Below, one piece after another: positions 1 through 12,300 of a stretch of 64,000 nt of DNA. Origin of the DNA: an uncultured cyanobacterium (GTDB lineage Bacteria; Cyanobacteriota; Cyanobacteriia; Leptolyngbyales; Leptolyngbyaceae); contig CAVYAN010000074.1 of NCBI GenBank assembly GCA_963766075.1, forward strand, positions 1 through 64,000, in the 5' to 3' direction. Position 1 is the first letter of the stretch; each line of letters starts with the position of its first letter. Under the pieces are notes generated by a model that saw only the letters and a program-made list of their open reading frames with translations, was not told the DNA's origin and ran no database searches. A program made the position numbers and the translations under genes.

Positions 1-2270
1 TTAATTTTAGTCAGGCTGGCTAATTTCAAAATTTCCCGGGTTCCCAGCACGTTTGCTGCCCGCAACGCTGGGTAAGGATAGACCAGATTGACCAACGCCC
101 CATTGTGATAAATCACATCAATGTCTGCGGCTAGCGTCTGGAACTGTGCTTCTGAAAGTCCCAGGTTTGGCTGTGATAAATCCCCTAATACGGGCACAAT
201 GCGAGACTGAAGCGAGTCGGACGCCAGCAGATACCCTTTGAGATTAGCCGCAATTTTTTCCTGAGCTTCGGCCAGACTGGACGCACGCACCAAGCAATAG
301 AGTTGTGCTTGGGTTTGCTGTAAGAGTTCGTAAGTTAGGAAAGCCCCGAGAAATCCGGTTGCCCCGGTTAGGAAGATGCGTTCAGGCGCGGCATGGGAGG
401 GGTAGATCGAGTCATCTAAAATCATGTCGGCTTGCAATGCTGCGCCAATGCCGGACATCAGGGTAGTGGTATCGGTGGAATCGTGGGCCATGGTAATGGC
501 TTGAGTTAGTTCAGCGATCGTGGGTTCCTGGAACAGAACCGTCAACGGTAACTCAACTTGGAAAATCTCACGCATCCGAGTCAGCAGTTGAGCTGCCAGT
601 AGGGAATGCCCCCCCAGTTCAAAGAAATTATCATGAATGCCCACCTGTTCCAGATCTAAAAGTCGTCGCCACAAATCTGTCAGTTGAGCTTCTATAGAGT
701 TGCGGGGAGCCACGAAGGGGGTTTGCAAATCTGGTCTGGTGTGGTCTGGATCCGGTAACGCGCGGCGATCGACTTTGCCATTTGGTGTCAGAGGCAGCGT
801 GTTCATGGCAACAAATACAGTGGGTACCATGTGTACCGGCAGCCGTTTTCTCAAAAGCGCGCGTAACTCCTGTGCAGTCGGTGATTGTTCCATTGGCACA
901 ATGTAAGCGACCAGACATTGCTCGCCTGATTGGTCTGCGCGGGCCACGACGATCGCTTCTCTGACCTTGTCGTGGGTATGCAAAACGGCTTCAATCTCTC
1001 CCAGCTCAATCCGAAAGCCACGAATCTTGACCTGATGGTCGATGCGTCCGAGATGGATCAGGGTGCCATCGGGCAGGTACCGGGCTAAGTCCCCGGTGCG
1101 ATAAAGCCGGGAGCCGTCGGGGGCGCTGAAAGGATTGGCAATAAATTTTGCTTGGGTCAAGTCAGGCCGATTCAGATACCCTCGGGCTAGGCCCACGCCT
1201 CCAATCAGAAGTTCGCCCGGTTCGCCCGGTTCAACGTGTTTCAAGGGTTGATCGGGAGTGCTCGGTTCTGGATCAACGAGATAGATTTGGGTGTTGGCGA
1301 TTGGCCGACCAATCGAAATTACTGAGGTTCTTGGCTCTACCCGATGTGCCGTTGACCAAATGGTGGTCTCCGTCGGTCCGTAGAGATTCCAAACTGCCGC
1401 CACCCGAGACAAGAGGTGATCAGCCAAATCTTTGGACAGGGCTTCGCCGCCACTGAGCACTTTGAGTTGGGAATTGCCTTGCCATCCGCCTGCTAACAGC
1501 ATCCGCCAGGTGGCGGGAGTGGCCTGCATCACAGTGGCTCCAGAATCCGCGATCGCCTGCTGCAATTGCGCCGCATCGGCAGCCACTTCTCGACTGACCA
1601 AGGCCACCTGCGCCCCCACCGTCAACGGCAGATAGAGCTCTAGGGCCGCAATATCAAAGGAAATAGTGGTCACGGCCAGCAGCACGTCAGACTCGACTAA
1701 GCCGGGGGCTTGCTGCATCGAAGTCAAGAAATTACTCACGCCCCGGTGTACTACCTCTACCCCCTTGGGCCGCCCCGTGGAGCCTGAGGTGTAAATGACG
1801 TAGGCGAGTTGATCAGGAGCGACGGGAAGGTTGAGATTCTGTCCAGATTCCTGGGCTATCCGATCCCAATCCCGATCGAGGCAAACCGTCTGGGCGGTGT
1901 GATTGGGCAACTGTGCTAATTGATGCTGTTGGGTCAGGAGGACAGACAGTTGGGAATCACACAGCTTGAATGCCAAGCGCTCTTTTGGGTAGGTCGGATC
2001 CAGGGGAATATAGGCCCCACCCGTTTTCAAAATGCCAAGCAGACCGATCACCATCTCCAGCGATCGCTCCATACAGATGCCGACTAAGACTTCTGGCCCC
2101 ACGTGCATTGCATGTAGGTAGCGCGCCAACTGATTGGCCCGGTGGTTCAAGTCTCGATAGGTGAGGTGTTGTCCAGCAAACGTAATCGCAACGCGATCGG
2201 GAGTACGCTCTACTTGCTGTTCAAACAGTTGGTGCAAACCCAGAAAAATTGAAGCATCACCTTGAGGCAT
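1..2270 (-). CDS. Stand-alone NRPS-like adenylation-PCP-thioester reductase (A-T-R) protein, 3' end outside the window
   Basis: Manual translation from ATG at 2270 (MPQGDASIFLGLHQLFEQQVERTPD). A-domain motifs YTSGSTGRPKG, FDIAALE, NLYGPTETTIW, YRTGDL, QVKIRGFRIELGEIE, PNGKVDR; PCP motif FFELGGHSLL; reductase motifs IFLTGATGFLG and YHNGALVN. No condensation domain before the A domain. Confidence 0.93.
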   Translation of the reverse strand, partial: MPQGDASIFLGLHQLFEQQVERTPDRVAITFAGQHLTYRDLNHRANQLARYLHAMHVGPEVLVGICMERSLEMVIGLLGILKTGGAYIPLDPTYPKERLAFKLCDSQLSVLLTQQHQLAQLPNHTAQTVCLDRDWDRIAQESGQNLNLPVAPDQLAYVIYTSGSTGRPKGVEVVHRGVSNFLTSMQQAPGLVESDVLLAVTTISFDIAALELYLPLTVGAQVALVSREVAADAAQLQQAIADSGATVMQATPATWRMLLAGGWQGNSQLKVLSGGEALSKDLADHLLSRVAAVWNLYGPTETTIWSTAHRVEPRTSVISIGRPIANTQIYLVDPEPSTPDQPLKHVEPGEPGELLIGGVGLARGYLNRPDLTQAKFIANPFSAPDGSRLYRTGDLARYLPDGTLIHLGRIDHQVKIRGFRIELGEIEAVLHTHDKVREAIVVARADQSGEQCLVAYIVPMEQSPTAQELRALLRKRLPVHMVPTVFVAMNTLPLTPNGKVDRRALPDPDHTRPDLQTPFVAPRNSIEAQLTDLWRRLLDLEQVGIHDNFFELGGHSLLAAQLLTRMREIFQVELPLTVLFQEPTIAELTQAITMAHDSTDTTTLMSGIGAALQADMILDDSIYPSHAAPERIFLTGATGFLGAFLTYELLQQTQAQLYCLVRASSLAEAQEKIAANLKGYLLASDSLQSRIVPVLGDLSQPNLGLSEAQFQTLAADIDVIYHNGALVNLVYPYPALRAANVLGTREILKLASLTKI

Positions 2271-3607
2271 ATTTCCGTTTTCATTTAATGGCCACAACTC
2301 CATAGAGCATCTGGACGGTAAGGAATTTTTGGGGTTGAACATAAATGGTAAGCCTTGAAATACCTCGAAAACACAGGTCTAACGTCACGTATGAGCGGCT
2401 TTGCGGTGAATCCCTGGGATGACCTATTTGGGATGACCTAGTAAGGTGGAGGAAAGCAGGTAAAAGTGGCAGCCTGCCCATAACCGCCCAAAATCATCGG
2501 TGCACCAGAGTCCAAAACGGCCCTTGCAACTCAAACAAAATTTCTTCCCCAAATAGAAAGCCTATTGAGAGCCACTAACCGCTCCCAATGGGGGGGATTG
2601 ACGTGGCCTGAACCAGTACCTTTGGTCAGTACAGCAGCAGGTGCAGCCGCTCCCAGACTAACGATGGTCACGAAATCACTAAACTCAAAGTTGGCATTAT
2701 TCAGCCAGCACGATTCAGAAATAGGCTATGAATAGTAAAAATCAGGATCACAATACGGTATCAGGACATTGTTTCTGTAGATGCACTAAAACTGTTGAAC
2801 AACTGTTGAACAGTTTTGGACTTTCCTGTTTACCTGTATTCACCAAAGCCCACTAGCGTATTGCTTTAGCACCTTGCACACTAGCCAGAATAGACTCTAT
2901 CGCGGGCAGCGTCCGTATTATTGATGAGGCTTTACCAGAGATTTGCATTGTTTTACCCAGGGACTACGCAATATCACGGCCTTCAGGCTGGCTCCAAACC
3001 CCGATCTAGCCTCTCTATCCCTGCTCCAGTAGTCCGTGGGGAGAGTTTGCAGGGCGATCGCTGCCAATCCGTACCTGGTGTATGTACATAAAGATTATGT
3101 TAACTCTGTACAAATCAGTTGCTAGAAATTCCACTGAGGCGGATTATAGATTCAAGCGGGATAAGTGGGTTCGGTAAAACTAATACGAGACGGTTTAATG
3201 CCGGCTACCTACTGACTGCGCCCTGACGGTGTGGTTTGAACCGTTTTCAGGGGTGCACTTCTGATCATTCATCTGATCGTTCATTCTAGGCATGTGAAGC
3301 AGACTAAATCCATTGAGGCCGCTTAAAGACTTAGAGACTGAGACTTAGAGATTGAGATTTAGAGACTGAAACCAAGTTACTCATAGACTACAAGCTCAAT
3401 TCTGCACAATGCCATAGCGGGGTAATTTTTTCCACGCGAACAGTGCTGTGTAGACGACGGGTGTCCGAACAGCTTCAAAATGTTTCATCTTCTGGGTAGG
3501 TATCTCCTTCTGGTAATCAAAAACAACGCCCTATTTCCCGAACGTTGGGAGGCGCTTAGTGCTCTCTATGAATTCAAATTCCCAGAGTTATCGTGGGGAA
3601 CACCCAT

Positions 3608-3640
3608 CTTTAACAATGTCCGCTTTAACAATGTCCGCTT
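3608..3640. repeat. 15-bp tandem duplication (CTTTAACAATGTCCG x2) upstream of the chemosensory cluster
   Basis: Read directly from the sequence. Confidence 0.85.
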
Positions 3641-4000
3641 AAATTTTTCCAGACCAATATCTGGTTTCTTATAGATTTAGTTTTAAAACATTTTTATAGG
3701 TTATCTACTTTAGCATTGTGACGATTCGATACCCGATGGGATTGCTCGTGCTTATTTCTTCAGAAAAGTCAGATGAACTACGTGCCAATCATGTTGCCTC
3801 CTGGTGCCAGATGGCGGTTCCATTTGGGTTTCATTTGATTCAGGCTGAGTCCAATTAGCGTGTTCATTTGATGACGTTCTGTCGATTGATGGCCCCACTG
3901 AATCAGCTCACCCTGATTGCTTTGGAGCCACTTCTCAATCACCCTTTATCCATCATGACCCTGCACCTAAGGGTGTCTTTGCGAGGTAGGATTTACGGCT

Positions 4001-5197
4001 GTGGACTATATTTATTGCCTTGAGGAACTAGAAAAATCACAATTTAGTGGCAAGTGGGTGTTAGCAGACCCCACTGGGCGGCAATGGAATCTATATTGGT
4101 CCCAGGGGCGGATTCTGTACGCCACGGGGGGTAGCCATCCTGTCCGGCGATGGTGTAGACATTTAAGAACGCACTGCCCACAAAGACCCACCTATCGCAT
4201 TGCATGGCAACGGGATCTCGCCGATGCCAATACAATGGCACTCAGTATTGCGTGGGACTTTGCCCTGTTACATCTGTGGTCACAGCGGCGAAAAATCACC
4301 TATGAGCAATTAACGAACGTGGTGGGTGCAATCATCACGGAAGTGCTATTCGATATTAGTCAAGCAACCGAGATTGCGCACAAAACTGTGCCACAGGCCG
4401 AATTTATTTCGCCACTCGTGTCAATTGAGGTAGGGGCGGCGATCGCCGAAACCCAGCGGCGCTGGCAAACTTGGCAAATGGCAAATCTATCCCAGTATTC
4501 GCCTAACCAAGCGCCCCGGATCCGACACCCCGCGCAGTTGCGCATATCCACCTCGGCAGAATCCTACGAAAATTTGGCCCGCCTATTAACCGGGCAGCAC
4601 ACACTCTGGGATCTGGCCATACAGATGCGCCAGGAACCCGCTAACGTACTGAGTTCCCTACTCCCCTTAATTCAAGCCCAGTGGGTCGAACTGATCAATA
4701 TTGCCGATTTACCAACGCCAATCTTTCGGCAAATTAGTTTGCCGGAGGTGAGTGATCTGAACCAACCGACTCCGGCAAACGCCTTAGTGGCCCATCCTCC
4801 CAGTTCGGCCCCACCAAAAGCCCTGGTTGCCTGTGTTGACGATAGTTCTTTGGTTCGCAACACCATGGAAAAACTATTAAACTCAGCCGGTTATCAGTTT
4901 TTGGGTGTAGGAGATCCGGTTCGTGCCATTAGTATTCTCTTGAGGCATAAACCCGATCTCATTTTTTTGGATCTGATGATGCCAAAAATCAATGGAGATG
5001 AGGTTTGCCAACAACTTCGTAAACTGGCCTGTTTCCGCTCTACCCCGATCGTCATTTTGACGGGCAATGATGGTTATGCTAACCGCCTTAAATCAAATTT
5101 TGCGGGTGCATCAGAGTTTCTGACCAAGCCGCTCGATGCCGATGTGGTGCTCCGTGTCACCCGCAAGCACTTAGCCTCTACCGTCGTCAGTACTTAG
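4001..5197 (+). CDS. PatA-family response regulator (N-terminal PATAN-like domain + C-terminal REC)
   Basis: WNLYWSQGRILYATGGSHPVRRW PATAN-like segment; REC motifs CVDDS, DLIFLDLMMP, FLTKP; first gene of a taxis-like cluster. Confidence 0.88.
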   Translation: MDYIYCLEELEKSQFSGKWVLADPTGRQWNLYWSQGRILYATGGSHPVRRWCRHLRTHCPQRPTYRIAWQRDLADANTMALSIAWDFALLHLWSQRRKITYEQLTNVVGAIITEVLFDISQATEIAHKTVPQAEFISPLVSIEVGAAIAETQRRWQTWQMANLSQYSPNQAPRIRHPAQLRISTSAESYENLARLLTGQHTLWDLAIQMRQEPANVLSSLLPLIQAQWVELINIADLPTPIFRQISLPEVSDLNQPTPANALVAHPPSSAPPKALVACVDDSSLVRNTMEKLLNSAGYQFLGVGDPVRAISILLRHKPDLIFLDLMMPKINGDEVCQQLRKLACFRSTPIVILTGNDGYANRLKSNFAGASEFLTKPLDADVVLRVTRKHLASTVVST

Positions 5198-5268
5198 GCG
5201 CGATCGCGGACACGACCCATGAATCAACCACTTCTATTTGTTAATCTACCCGGTACATAAAGGTAAAA

Positions 5269-5634
5269 ATGGGCACTGCACTTGTTGTCGAAGATTCATT
5301 GACTGATATGCAAATTCTGATTGGCTGTTTGAAGCAAAGCGGCATTGATATTTTAATCGCCCAGAGTGGCGAAGATGCTATGACAACGATTGCGCAGCAG
5401 CGGCCTGATTTGATTGTTTTGGATGTTGTTTTACCTGGACAGAGCGGATTTCAGGTGTGTCGTCAGATTAAAGGTGATCCTGACACCCGCGATATTCCCG
5501 TGATCATGTGCTCCACTAAAGATACTGAAATCGATAAATTTTGGGGCATGAAGCAAGGGGCTGATGCGTACTTGACTAAGCCGATTGATCAAGCAGAATT
5601 TATCGGTACGGTTCAACGATTGATTAATGCATAA
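5269..5634 (+). CDS. CheY-like single-domain response regulator (PilH/PixH type)
   Basis: VVEDS, LDVVLP, KFWGMKQGADAYLTKP. Confidence 0.92.
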   Translation: MGTALVVEDSLTDMQILIGCLKQSGIDILIAQSGEDAMTTIAQQRPDLIVLDVVLPGQSGFQVCRQIKGDPDTRDIPVIMCSTKDTEIDKFWGMKQGADAYLTKPIDQAEFIGTVQRLINA

Positions 5635-5657
5635 GTTAAACCCCAATTATCGCTATC

Positions 5658-6209
5658 ATGTCCAGTTCTTTGCCGCTTTCTGACACACCTCTTCCAGGGA
5701 TCTTCCCCAATCAGGCTCCCCCCAGTCATGTCGCAGATTTTTTGCGCCTGCAACTGGTATCAGGCCAGCCTGCCCTGCTGCCAACCCAACACACCGGCGG
5801 CGTATTTACCCTGGAAATGGGGCAAATTACGCCGATTCCGCATATGCCAGCCTGGGTCATTGGAGCCTATAACTGGCGGGGGGTGATTTTATGGATGGTC
5901 GATATTGGACACCTATGTGGCCTCACTCCCTGGTATCAACAGGTGCGGAACCTCTCGGTGCATACCGTTGTGGTGCTGCAAATTCCCGATCGCGGACTCG
6001 GTCGTACCAAATACCGGACGCTAGGTTTAGTTGTGCACCAGGTTGAGGATATTGAGTCCTGTGATTTAGAGCGGGTGGAATGGTTGGACCCTGACCCCGC
6101 ATCAACTCAAGCACAACCCCTGCTACAGGGATATTGGCAACACTCTCCCGATGAAAAGATTCCGATCTTAGACGGAGAAGCCATTCTGGCCGCCATGCCC
6201 ACGTCCTAG
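5658..6209 (+). CDS. cheW: CheW-like coupling protein
   Basis: [28 protein letters not shown], typical of cyanobacterial CheW; position in cluster. Confidence 0.9.
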   Translation: MSSSLPLSDTPLPGIFPNQAPPSHVADFLRLQLVSGQPALLPTQHTGGVFTLEMGQITPIPHMPAWVIGAYNWRGVILWMVDIGHLCGLTPWYQQVRNLSVHTVVVLQIPDRGLGRTKYRTLGLVVHQVEDIESCDLERVEWLDPDPASTQAQPLLQGYWQHSPDEKIPILDGEAILAAMPTS

Positions 6210-6351
6210 GGCGGATGAGTTTCCGGCCAACCTAACTTTCTCTGCCAGCAGCCAGCAGCCCCATTCATCCTTGAATGAACTTCCATTTGAATTTGCCTCT
6301 TGCCATTGCGATCCGCTAACCACCACCCTCAGCGACAAGGTTTACGACACC

Positions 6352-9243
6352 ATGACTCAGATGCCCTCCAAATCGCGCCCTACCGAAGCTGCCGATAAAC
6401 CAACCCTTTTGCTAAAATCCACTGCCGGAAAAAATCACCTGACGGCGGTCGATCCCGGGGATCGGACCGCCGATCGCCAGCCATCGGCTCCGGCGGTATC
6501 CCTTGCAGGATTATCTTGGCCGGGGGGCAGAGAACAAAGCGCTGAGGCTGAGAGCACTACACCGCCGAAGCCATCCGCTTGGCAGCGATTGAGTGTAAGG
6601 ACAAAAGCCACGGCGATCGCGATCATTCTAGCCACGGTGCCAGTACTAGGGATTGGCGTACTGACCTACTATTTCGTCAACCGCTCAATGACTGAGCAAG
6701 TCTACAAAAACAAACAGCAAAACGCGATTCAGTTGGCTGATCAGACCAGTGCCTACATCAGTGACCGCTTTGCCGACGTTCAGGTGCTAAGTCAATTGCC
6801 ACTCTTGCGAAATCCCACTTTATTTGAGGCGCTTTCCCAGGGGCAGAAAGAAGCCCTGCTCGATCGCTACATCGCACTCTACAAAACCTATGACAGCATC
6901 GCCCTATTCGATCTGAATGGCGATGTGCTAGTGCAGTCAACGGGCCCCAAAATTCCCAACCACTTGACGCGCGATTATTTCCAACGGGTCCTACAAACGG
7001 GACAACCCACCATTAGTCCCCCCTCTCTCTCTCGCACGACACAAAAATTGAGCCTCCACTTTGCGGCTCCCATCAAGGATAGTGAAACCGATAATTTAGT
7101 GGGCGTTGTCCGCTTTCAGTTTGGAGTCGCTTCGCTGGACAAAATTCTGCTTGACAAGCTGATTAAAGCCGACACAGAGGGGGGCAATCGCTATTACTTC
7201 ATCGATAGTAATGGGAAATATTTCGTTGCCTCTGGTGATCCCGATCGCCTGGGCAAATTGGCCAGTGAACATTTTCCAAAGTATGCCCAACTGCAAAATG
7301 CCCAAGGTGTACAATCGACCCTCGACATCGATCCGGATAATCGGTCCCAGAGGCTGCTGACTTACATGCCAATCAGAAATTTGGCCGGAGTTTCCGACTT
7401 AAATTTTGGCATCTTGATTGTCAGTGATGTGACGATCGCCTTTGCGCCCCAACGGCAACTCTTGCTGACTATTTTGATGGGTACGGTGGTAACTTCGCTC
7501 TTGGTGGGTGCCATTGCAGCTGGGATTGCGAACCGAGCCACCCGCCCAATTTTGGCCGCCGCCGATGCCGTTGAAAAAATTGGGGACGGAGATTTGGGCA
7601 CCCGTCTGGACTTTCAAGGAGAAGACGAAATTGCCTCGCTGGCCAGCAACATCAACCAAATGGCCAGCCAACTCGGCTTGTTGGTCCAACAACAGGCGGA
7701 TGCTGCTGACCGGTCAAGGCTGTTGGCCGATGTTGCCAATGCCCGCACCACCGATCTATCAAGCCTGTTTGGTCAGTTTACCGATTTGCTGGAGGCGGCC
7801 CGCGAAACCCTGCACGCCGATCGCGTCATCCTCTACTACTTTACGGGCAGCGATCGGGGCGAAATTGTGGCTGAAGCGGCTTTGCTGGGCCTGCCTTTGG
7901 CCCTGGGGGGAGATTTACCCGCATTCACTATTCCGGCAGAACTGCGCCAAGCCTGCCAGCAAGACCTTTGTTTCCCCATTCACAATGTGGCAAAAGCGCA
8001 CGAGCTGCCGATCGCCTATCGCGAACAACTCCAGCACCTTGCCGTTAAGTCCCATTTAATTGCCCCCATCTTCAGTGATGATCAGGTGCTAGGACTCGTG
8101 ATTGCCGATCGCTGCATGGCTGCGGCCATCTGGCAACCCACAGAAATCGAGTTCTGCAAGCAGTTGGCCGCTCAAATTGGGTTGGTCGTGAACCGCATTA
8201 TGCTGCTGAAACAAACCCAAACCCAGGCTGCCGAGCAACGCCAGTTGAAGGAGGCCATCCAGCAGCGCGCCCTAGAACTGCTGAAAGAAGTTGACCCGAT
8301 CAGTAAGGGGGATTTAACCACCCAAGCCCGCGTGACCGCCGATGAAATTGGCACGATCGCCGACTCCTATAACGTCACCGTAGACAACCTGCGCCAAATT
8401 GTTATGCAGGTGCAACAGGCCACCCATCAAGTGGTAGACACCACCAGTAGCAACGAAATGTCGGTACAGACTCTCGCCACAGAGGCCCTGCGGCAGGCCA
8501 ACGAGGTCGCCGTGGCCCTACAGCAAATCGAGCAGATGGCCTCTGCTGGACGCGCTGTGGCCCTAAGTGCCGAGCAGGCGGAAGCCGTTGTGCAGCAGGC
8601 CGCCCAGACCGTTGAAGAAGGTGATGCAGCAATGAACCGGACCGTTGATGGGATTCAATCAATTCGGGCTACCGTTTCTGAAACCGCCAAGAAAGTGAAA
8701 CACTTGGGTGAATCATCCCAAAAGATTTCCACCGTCGTCGAACTCATCAGCACCTTTGCCGCCCAGACCAACATGCTGGCCCTGAATGCGTCCATTGAAG
8801 CCTCACGCGCGGGCGAAGAAGGGCGTGGTTTTGCAGTAGTGGCAAGCGAAGTGCGGGCCTTGGCCAAGCGATTGGCGGAGGCCACCGAAGAAATTCGTAA
8901 GCTGATTGTGGGGATTCAATCCGAAACCAATGAAGTGGTGGCCACCATGGAAGCGGGCACCGAACAGGTGGTCATGGGTACCCAACTGGTAGATGAGGCC
9001 CGTCAGAGCCTGAACAAAATTACGGCGGTCAGTACGCAGATCAGCCAACTGGTCGAGTCCATTTCGCAGGCTACCGTTGTGCAATCCCAGGCATCGGATG
9101 TGGTGTCTCAAACCATGAAGGATGTGGCGGCCATTGCCAGTAAAACATCCTCCGAAGCCAATCAAGTTTCTTCCTCGTTTGAACAGTTACGACAGGTTGC
9201 CCAGTCTTTGCAATCGAGTGTGGATCAATTCAAAGTCAGCTAG
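6352..9243 (+). CDS. Methyl-accepting chemotaxis protein (TM-dCache-TM-HAMP-GAF-HAMP-MA)
   Basis: Two TM helices flank a Cache-like region ([14 protein letters not shown]); HAMP; GAF (ADRVILY...LIAPI); signalling hairpin [30 protein letters not shown] 6352 preferred over TTG 6271. Confidence 0.93.
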   Translation: MTQMPSKSRPTEAADKPTLLLKSTAGKNHLTAVDPGDRTADRQPSAPAVSLAGLSWPGGREQSAEAESTTPPKPSAWQRLSVRTKATAIAIILATVPVLGIGVLTYYFVNRSMTEQVYKNKQQNAIQLADQTSAYISDRFADVQVLSQLPLLRNPTLFEALSQGQKEALLDRYIALYKTYDSIALFDLNGDVLVQSTGPKIPNHLTRDYFQRVLQTGQPTISPPSLSRTTQKLSLHFAAPIKDSETDNLVGVVRFQFGVASLDKILLDKLIKADTEGGNRYYFIDSNGKYFVASGDPDRLGKLASEHFPKYAQLQNAQGVQSTLDIDPDNRSQRLLTYMPIRNLAGVSDLNFGILIVSDVTIAFAPQRQLLLTILMGTVVTSLLVGAIAAGIANRATRPILAAADAVEKIGDGDLGTRLDFQGEDEIASLASNINQMASQLGLLVQQQADAADRSRLLADVANARTTDLSSLFGQFTDLLEAARETLHADRVILYYFTGSDRGEIVAEAALLGLPLALGGDLPAFTIPAELRQACQQDLCFPIHNVAKAHELPIAYREQLQHLAVKSHLIAPIFSDDQVLGLVIADRCMAAAIWQPTEIEFCKQLAAQIGLVVNRIMLLKQTQTQAAEQRQLKEAIQQRALELLKEVDPISKGDLTTQARVTADEIGTIADSYNVTVDNLRQIVMQVQQATHQVVDTTSSNEMSVQTLATEALRQANEVAVALQQIEQMASAGRAVALSAEQAEAVVQQAAQTVEEGDAAMNRTVDGIQSIRATVSETAKKVKHLGESSQKISTVVELISTFAAQTNMLALNASIEASRAGEEGRGFAVVASEVRALAKRLAEATEEIRKLIVGIQSETNEVVATMEAGTEQVVMGTQLVDEARQSLNKITAVSTQISQLVESISQATVVQSQASDVVSQTMKDVAAIASKTSSEANQVSSSFEQLRQVAQSLQSSVDQFKVS

Positions 9244-9329
9244 ACAAAGTCAGCTAGACCAGAGGCCGCGCCTCTGCCTAAAAACTTTCTCCACTGCCTC
9301 TGCCCGCCTCTTCCTCCCCATTTTTTCCT

Positions 9330-12300
9330 ATGGCAATGAATTCTGATATTCGTGACCAAGCCTATCAGTTCTTTACAGAAGAAGCGCCAGAACTTCTACA
9401 GGGACTGGAATCTGGACTCCTGTCGTTAAGCGAAAATCGCAGTACAGCGAAAATCCATGAATTAATGCGGGCTGCCCATACGATTAAGGGCGGCGCGGCG
9501 AGCGTTGGGCTGGAGGCGATCGCCACCCTGGCCCACCGCCTCGAAACCATTTTTCAGGCGCTCTACAGCGACCAAGTGCCGATCCAACCGACCCTTGAAG
9601 GCCAGTTGCTTCAGGCATACGACTGCTTGCGGCTACCGCTCATGGAGCAACTGACGATCGGCAGTTTTGATGCAGAGCGGGCCTTGGCAGAGGCTGCCCC
9701 CGTATTTGACCAAATCGAAATGCACCTGGGCGATGCCCTCAATCAGGTCGATCGCTATATCCCGACTTCCACCGAACTCGGGGTTGATATGGTCACCGAG
9801 ATGATGGAAGTTGATGTGGCAGAAGGGTTGCAGCGATTAGCAACCATCCTCGCCACACCAGAACAGTATGATGTCATCGGTGAATTGCAGGTCCAGGTGG
9901 AAGTCCTGGTTGGGTTGGCTGAGTTATTTAAATTGCCCGGATTCGAGGCCATCGCAGACACAATGCAGATGGCCTTGGTGACCCATCCCGATGATTTTCT
10001 AGAAATTGCTCACCTGACCCTAGCCGATTTTGAGCGTAGTCGGCAGGCCATTCTCATGGGCGATCGCGCCTACGCTGATGGCCCATCTGAGGCACTAGTG
10101 GCCCTTGCCCAATCCACCGCTGCGATGCCAAGTGAGCTGACCGAATCCGAGGCACTGCCCCCCAGTTCCGCTGCCATCCCCAGTGAGCTGGCCGAATCTG
10201 AGGCACCGCCCTCCAGTTCCGAGCCGGGGAATTTTTCTTTGTTAGAAACCTTATTTAGCGGCGATTTCAGCCTTACTACTCCAATCTGGGATGAGGATGC
10301 TCTATCCGTTGAGGAGCAAGAGGATCCGTATTCCTTAGATCCTGCATTAGATCCTGCGGTAGACTTCACAGCCGATCCTGCGGTAGACCCTTCCCTGTTA
10401 GGAGAGATCCCTACGCTCCTGCCCGTAGACCCCATAGCGGCCTCACTGGCAGAATTGAACCGTTTGGCGACTGCCGCGACTGCCCCCATAACGGCAGTCC
10501 CATTGCGCGTACCCTCGCGATCGCTTTTTACCCGTGAGGTGAATTCACCCGCCCTACCCCCACTGACTATCCGGGTTGACGCAGATCGGATGGAGCAGAT
10601 GAATAATCTGATCGGTGAATTAACCATCAACCGAGATGGACTGTCGCTGCAGAATGAACAACTCCAACGCGTACAGCGCGAGCTCATGGAACGCTTCTCC
10701 CGATTTCAGCAACGGGTTGATCGACTGCAGCAACTCTCCGATTTGCCGTCCGTTACGCCAGCCGCCAACTATCAAAAGCCCGTCCAACCGGGCCAGGGAA
10801 TGCGTTCAGGGACGGGCAAATACACCCCGGCAGTGGGGCCGGGGGGACAGGTCGGCAGGCCGAGCATACCCAGTCCATTCACCGCCGAATTTGATGCCTT
10901 GGAAATGGATCGCTACGGTGGTTTGCACACACAATTGCAAGAAATCCTGGAAGATATCGTGCAGTTAGAAGAAGCTGCTGAGGACATCACCCTGCTGGTG
11001 AAGCAGTCAAGTCAAACCCTTGACGAACAGCGGTATATGCTGACAACGCTGCGGGATGAAGTCATGCGCGCGCGCATGTCCCCTTTGGGAGATGTGCTGA
11101 ATCAGTTTCCGCGTATTCTGCGGGATTTATCGGTCACCTACCAAAAGCCAGTCAACGTCAAGCTGACGGGCACCGATATTTTGGTCGAGCGGGCCATGCT
11201 AGAAAAACTGCATGATCCGCTACTGCACCTAATGCGGAATGCCTTTGATCACGGGATTGAATCGCCCAGCGAGCGGCAGCAGCAGGGTAAATCAGCACAG
11301 GGCCTGATTGAAATTCGGGCGTATCGTCGCGGTAACCGTACCGTTGTGGAAGTGAAAGATGATGGTTGTGGGTTGAATCTAGAGCGGATTCGCGATCGCG
11401 TACTGGAATTGAACTGGTTATCGGCTGAGCAACTGGCTACGGTGTCCACTGAGCAATTAATTGAATTCATTTTCGAGCCAGGATTTTCCACAGCCTCCCA
11501 AGTTAGCGAACTCTCTGGCCGAGGAATTGGATTAGATGTAGTTCGCTCCTACCTGCGATCGATTAAAGGAACAGTTACAGTCAACTCTTCGCCTGAAAAT
11601 GGCACAACATTTAGCTTATATCTGCCATTAACCCTAACCATCACGAAATTACTCATTGTTCTCGCTAATTCCGTGGCTTTAGCCCTACCCGTTGATAGTA
11701 TTGAAGAAATTATTACGCCTGAACCTGAACAAGTGAGGCAATTAAATCAGCAACGATTCTTGACTTGGCAGGAGCACATCATTCCCATTTACCGACTGGC
11801 CGATCAGCTCGATTATGCCTGTCCGTTGCCCGCAGCTCCCGCTAGTAAATTTATAGCGGGAGCGATTCCCCACCCCGCCAGTTGGGCATTGCCAATCCTC
11901 ATCCTGCGCCAGGAGCAGCAGGTATTCGCCCTTGAGGTCGATCGCCTGATTGCGGAACAGGAATTGGTGATCAAACCCTTCAGTGATGCGATCGCGTCCC
12001 CCAGCTACACCTGTGGGTGCACCATCCTGGGTGATGGCAGTTTACTACCCGTTATTGATGGCAACACCCTGCTCTCGTTAGGACTGGAACAGGCAAAAGC
12101 AGGGGCGGACCTCGTAATTCCTCAACCAGCCAAGGCTCAACCGCCGAGGGTGTTCAACGCAGTGCAGACTCCTATGGTGCTGGTCGTGGATGACGCGGTG
12201 ACCCTGCGTCGTACCTTAGCACTTTCTCTGGAACGGGCCGGGTATCAAGTCCAGCAGGCGCGAGATGGTGAAGAAGCCATTCGTCAATTACAGGAACACC

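Noticed and set aside
2520..2730. Open frame on the minus strand upstream of the A-T-R gene as a possible leader or precursor peptide
   Set aside because: No good start codon after the upstream stop and no recognisable motif.
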